DNA of 64,000 nt. Origin: Raillietiella orientalis (taxonomy: Eukaryota). The DNA is taken from positions 62,001 to 126,000 of the forward strand of contig JAYWIR010000030.1 of the NCBI GenBank assembly GCA_036172245.1, given 5' to 3'. Each line of letters begins with the position of its first letter. The first letter of the stretch is position 1. This document shows, one piece after another, positions 61,372-64,000 of this stretch. The notes under the pieces are model-generated. The model was not told the DNA's origin. It worked only from the letters and a program-made list of their open reading frames with translations, and searched no databases. The translations under genes and the position numbers were made by a program.

Positions 61372-62679
61372 GTGAGGACGGCTCCCACTCGCCCATATGA
61401 ACGTCCCTCCACCTCATTACCGTCTCCTCCCCGCTCACGCGAGCTCTGCACCAACCCTCCGTCCTTCCACCCCGCAGGATGACTCTGGCTGGCCCATTCG
61501 GGTGCAGCGCCGACAGGGACGCGCGCGTTGGCCCTTTGGCTGGTCGGCATCGGGACTCGTCGTCGACCCTCCGAGGTCTCTCCGGGAACCATGGAAGCGG
61601 CAGCTTTCTTCACGGAGCGTTCCTCGGAGGAAACAACGAGCGGTGGTTCCCTCCGGAGAAGAAATCGGGAGCGGCCTCCACAAACTGAGGGGTCCCTTCG
61701 AAGGGGATAAGAAAGGAGGTTCCCTTCATGGTTTCCCCTCACACATACACACACGCCTGCGGTCGGGCAAACGGAGCCGACCCCCCACCTCGAGGGGGCG
61801 CAAGCGCGCTGCTTCCTTTGGGAAGAGGCATTCAGAGGGGGAGCAAACAAGGAGCGCTAGTCCCCTTGGGAGACAGCCAGGGAGTGAACGTTCTCCCACC
61901 TCCACTCCACCCCCAACAGCAAGGGAGGAACGGACTGCATTCATCAGGGTGGTCCTGTCGATGTCTGCCTGAGTCACACGCGCCCTCGGGAGGCGCCGAC
62001 AGTCCTCCCATTATAGGACAACATTGTGGAAGCACCGTCTGACGTCCTGTCCACCCTCCCCCCCACCCCCCACCCACCCAGCGCGCGTGCGGCGCCAACC
62101 TTCGTGAGGCCGTCTCTAAGAGGCAGACGACTCTTGAGCATCGTAGCGAACCCAGAGAAGCATCCTCGGCCAGCAGCAGCGATCTTCTCGTGAGAATGTC
62201 TTCTAGAAAGAAAGAAAGAAAGAGAAACTTCCCGAGTCCCGCCCTTGGATACAGACGAAACCGTACTGGAACAATCCACTTCCAAGTTCATTCCCCGCGT
62301 GCTGCTTATTCCCAAGGATGTGGCAGCTTCCAGTATTCAATTCTGGAATCCGTGTCGACCCTCGTCGCTCTGCGTTCGGCACTGACTCGACTATTGCGCG
62401 TCCGCTGGTGCTGTTGCTTCCGGCTCCACGTTTCGGCCGATTCCCAGCGGTGCATAGATGGTGCCCGACCGGGAGCGCAAATGGAAAATTCAGGACCAGG
62501 AATAATAGTCGCCCTTTCGGTCTCCTGCCTTCCTCGACAGTCGGGCCACCCCGCCTTCTTCTTCAGAGCATTGTGTCTAGCATCTGGTTGCCATTCTGCC
62601 GCGACCCACCAGGCAGGTGACTGCCTGGTGGGTCCTCGCAACTACGGATGATCGCTAAGTGGGGAAGAAGTTCCATCTA

Positions 62680-63990
62680 GTGTGTTGCATATCAGGGGAG
62701 ATCACATTCAGATCCTCCTGGTGTCGTCTTGAGAAACACGGCCCTTGGGTTGAATGCCCACTTTCGCAGGGCTCCTCCGGCACCGAAGAACGAAACGCGG
62801 CCGGAGGTCAAACGCGTGGCGGCGGCGAGGCGCACGCCCAGCCTCCGGGGCTCAGCTCTTTGCAGCGACGGTGTGGCGTCCTCCCCTCCTACCGCCAAGA
62901 TCTGAGGGGAAAAGTGCCCGCCCGCCCGTTTCCGTCCATCCAAGGGCGAAAACCGCCTGTGCCGTCGCTTTTCCCGCAGATGGGGAGGGAAGCCGAACTT
63001 CTCCGTTCGTCCCAACTCATTGGCGATCTGAACCTGCCCCAATTTCCTCAGGAAACCTGGGGTGCAAGGGAGGAGGGCAGGTGACTCCCGAGCACGCCTA
63101 GGGCGGTTTCTTGTTTTCGACCGAGGAAGAGACAATCTCGCCTTCCTGTCTGGAACGATCCGAGCACTGGGCCCCGGTCCGAGTCTCCGTAGCAGCTGCC
63201 TTGAAAGGCGCCTCCGGAACGAACGGGAGATTTCCAAAACCGCAGCGAAGAGAGGCTGTGGGGGGAAACCCATCCGAGCTCGTAGACCAATCTTGTCACG
63301 CGTAGCGCCTCGCGAGGTGGACTTCAGGATCCTAGCGAAGGATCGAACAGGGTCAGAGGCGAGACCTGAGTCTGGAAGACTACTGAGAGAGAAGCCGCTC
63401 CAGGAGTTGCCGTGGGAGTTCCGACCCTTGCCCAGGGACTTGGGACTCGCGAAGCGGAACGAGAAGTCGGTCGTGGTCCACTGTGCTGCCAGCCGCGTTT
63501 CCCTGACTCGCTCTGGACGTCTCCAGCTCCCTCTGGTGCCTCGTGTGCGTGTCGCTACGCCTTCCTTCCGTGCCTCCCAGGGGTCCCGCAGTCGGAAGCC
63601 AGAACTTTCCGTCCCCTTAAAGAAGGAAACCTCCATCTTCGTGCGCTCTGACCGCACAGATTTTGATCTGCTAGATCCGCCATTGCGATCGCTTCTTGGC
63701 CTCTTGCCTAAGATCAAAGTGCGTCCAAAAAGGGCAGTGATGGCAGGAGACCGTCCCCGTCGGTACCATGATGGTGGGAGGAGATTTGAACCTCGGAGCC
63801 AACGCCATCTCTGGTCGAAGATGGGAAGCGGGGAAAAGGTGGCTGAATGAAAGGTTGTAGGAAGCAGCAGACCGTCCTGAGAGAAGCACCTAAGCAAGGA
63901 CCGGTTTGTGCTCTCTTGGTTTCGACTGCGGGCCGGGGTCCAGGGACCTCGAACTCTTCCAGCAGGACGGCCCGACGTTTTCTGCAACTC
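62680..63990. mobile_element. Cluster of decayed LINE APE endonuclease fossils (both strands)
   Basis: + 62680-63050: RGGGEA, GVLPSYRQDL, LIGDLNLP. + 63075-63340: AGDSRARLG ... EVDFRIL. - 63990-63440: VRGPW..RNQ..LLRCFSQDGLLLPTTF, SWYRRG, DHDRLLVPLR. Confidence 0.38.
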
Positions 63991-64000
63991 TTCGTTCGCG

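Noticed and set aside
61478..61700. Next laminin exon after ccccgcag at 61477
   Set aside because: Translation is not coiled-coil-like and overlaps a SINE-related fragment; the next exon is probably beyond the window.

Overview
Eukaryotic (invertebrate animal) nuclear DNA, mostly GC-rich. The window is dominated by one + strand, multi-exon laminin alpha-1/2-type gene (wing blister / lam-3 class). I could thread 31 phase-consistent GT-AG exons from 10044 to 61371 (~5.6 kb CDS, ~1,880 aa) covering LN, LE repeats, L4a, LE repeats, L4b, LE repeats and the start of the coiled coil. The signal-peptide exon was not found and the gene runs off the right end. Introns are strictly bimodal: 22 of 44-90 nt and 8 of 1.6-11 kb. 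Upstream are two mitochondrial nad2 insertions (NUMTs) of different apparent age on opposite strands, a ~650-bp hairpin with a perfect 232-bp core, and a possible small orphan gene on the - strand. The long introns hold a ~670-bp tRNA-derived SINE-like family, an 856-bp near-identical duplication 43 kb apart, two AT-rich foldback/TIR elements sharing termini, a Tigger-like terminus and several heavily decayed LINE fossils. Nearly all long ORFs in the supplied track are GC-driven noise. All calls are by eye; no searches were run.
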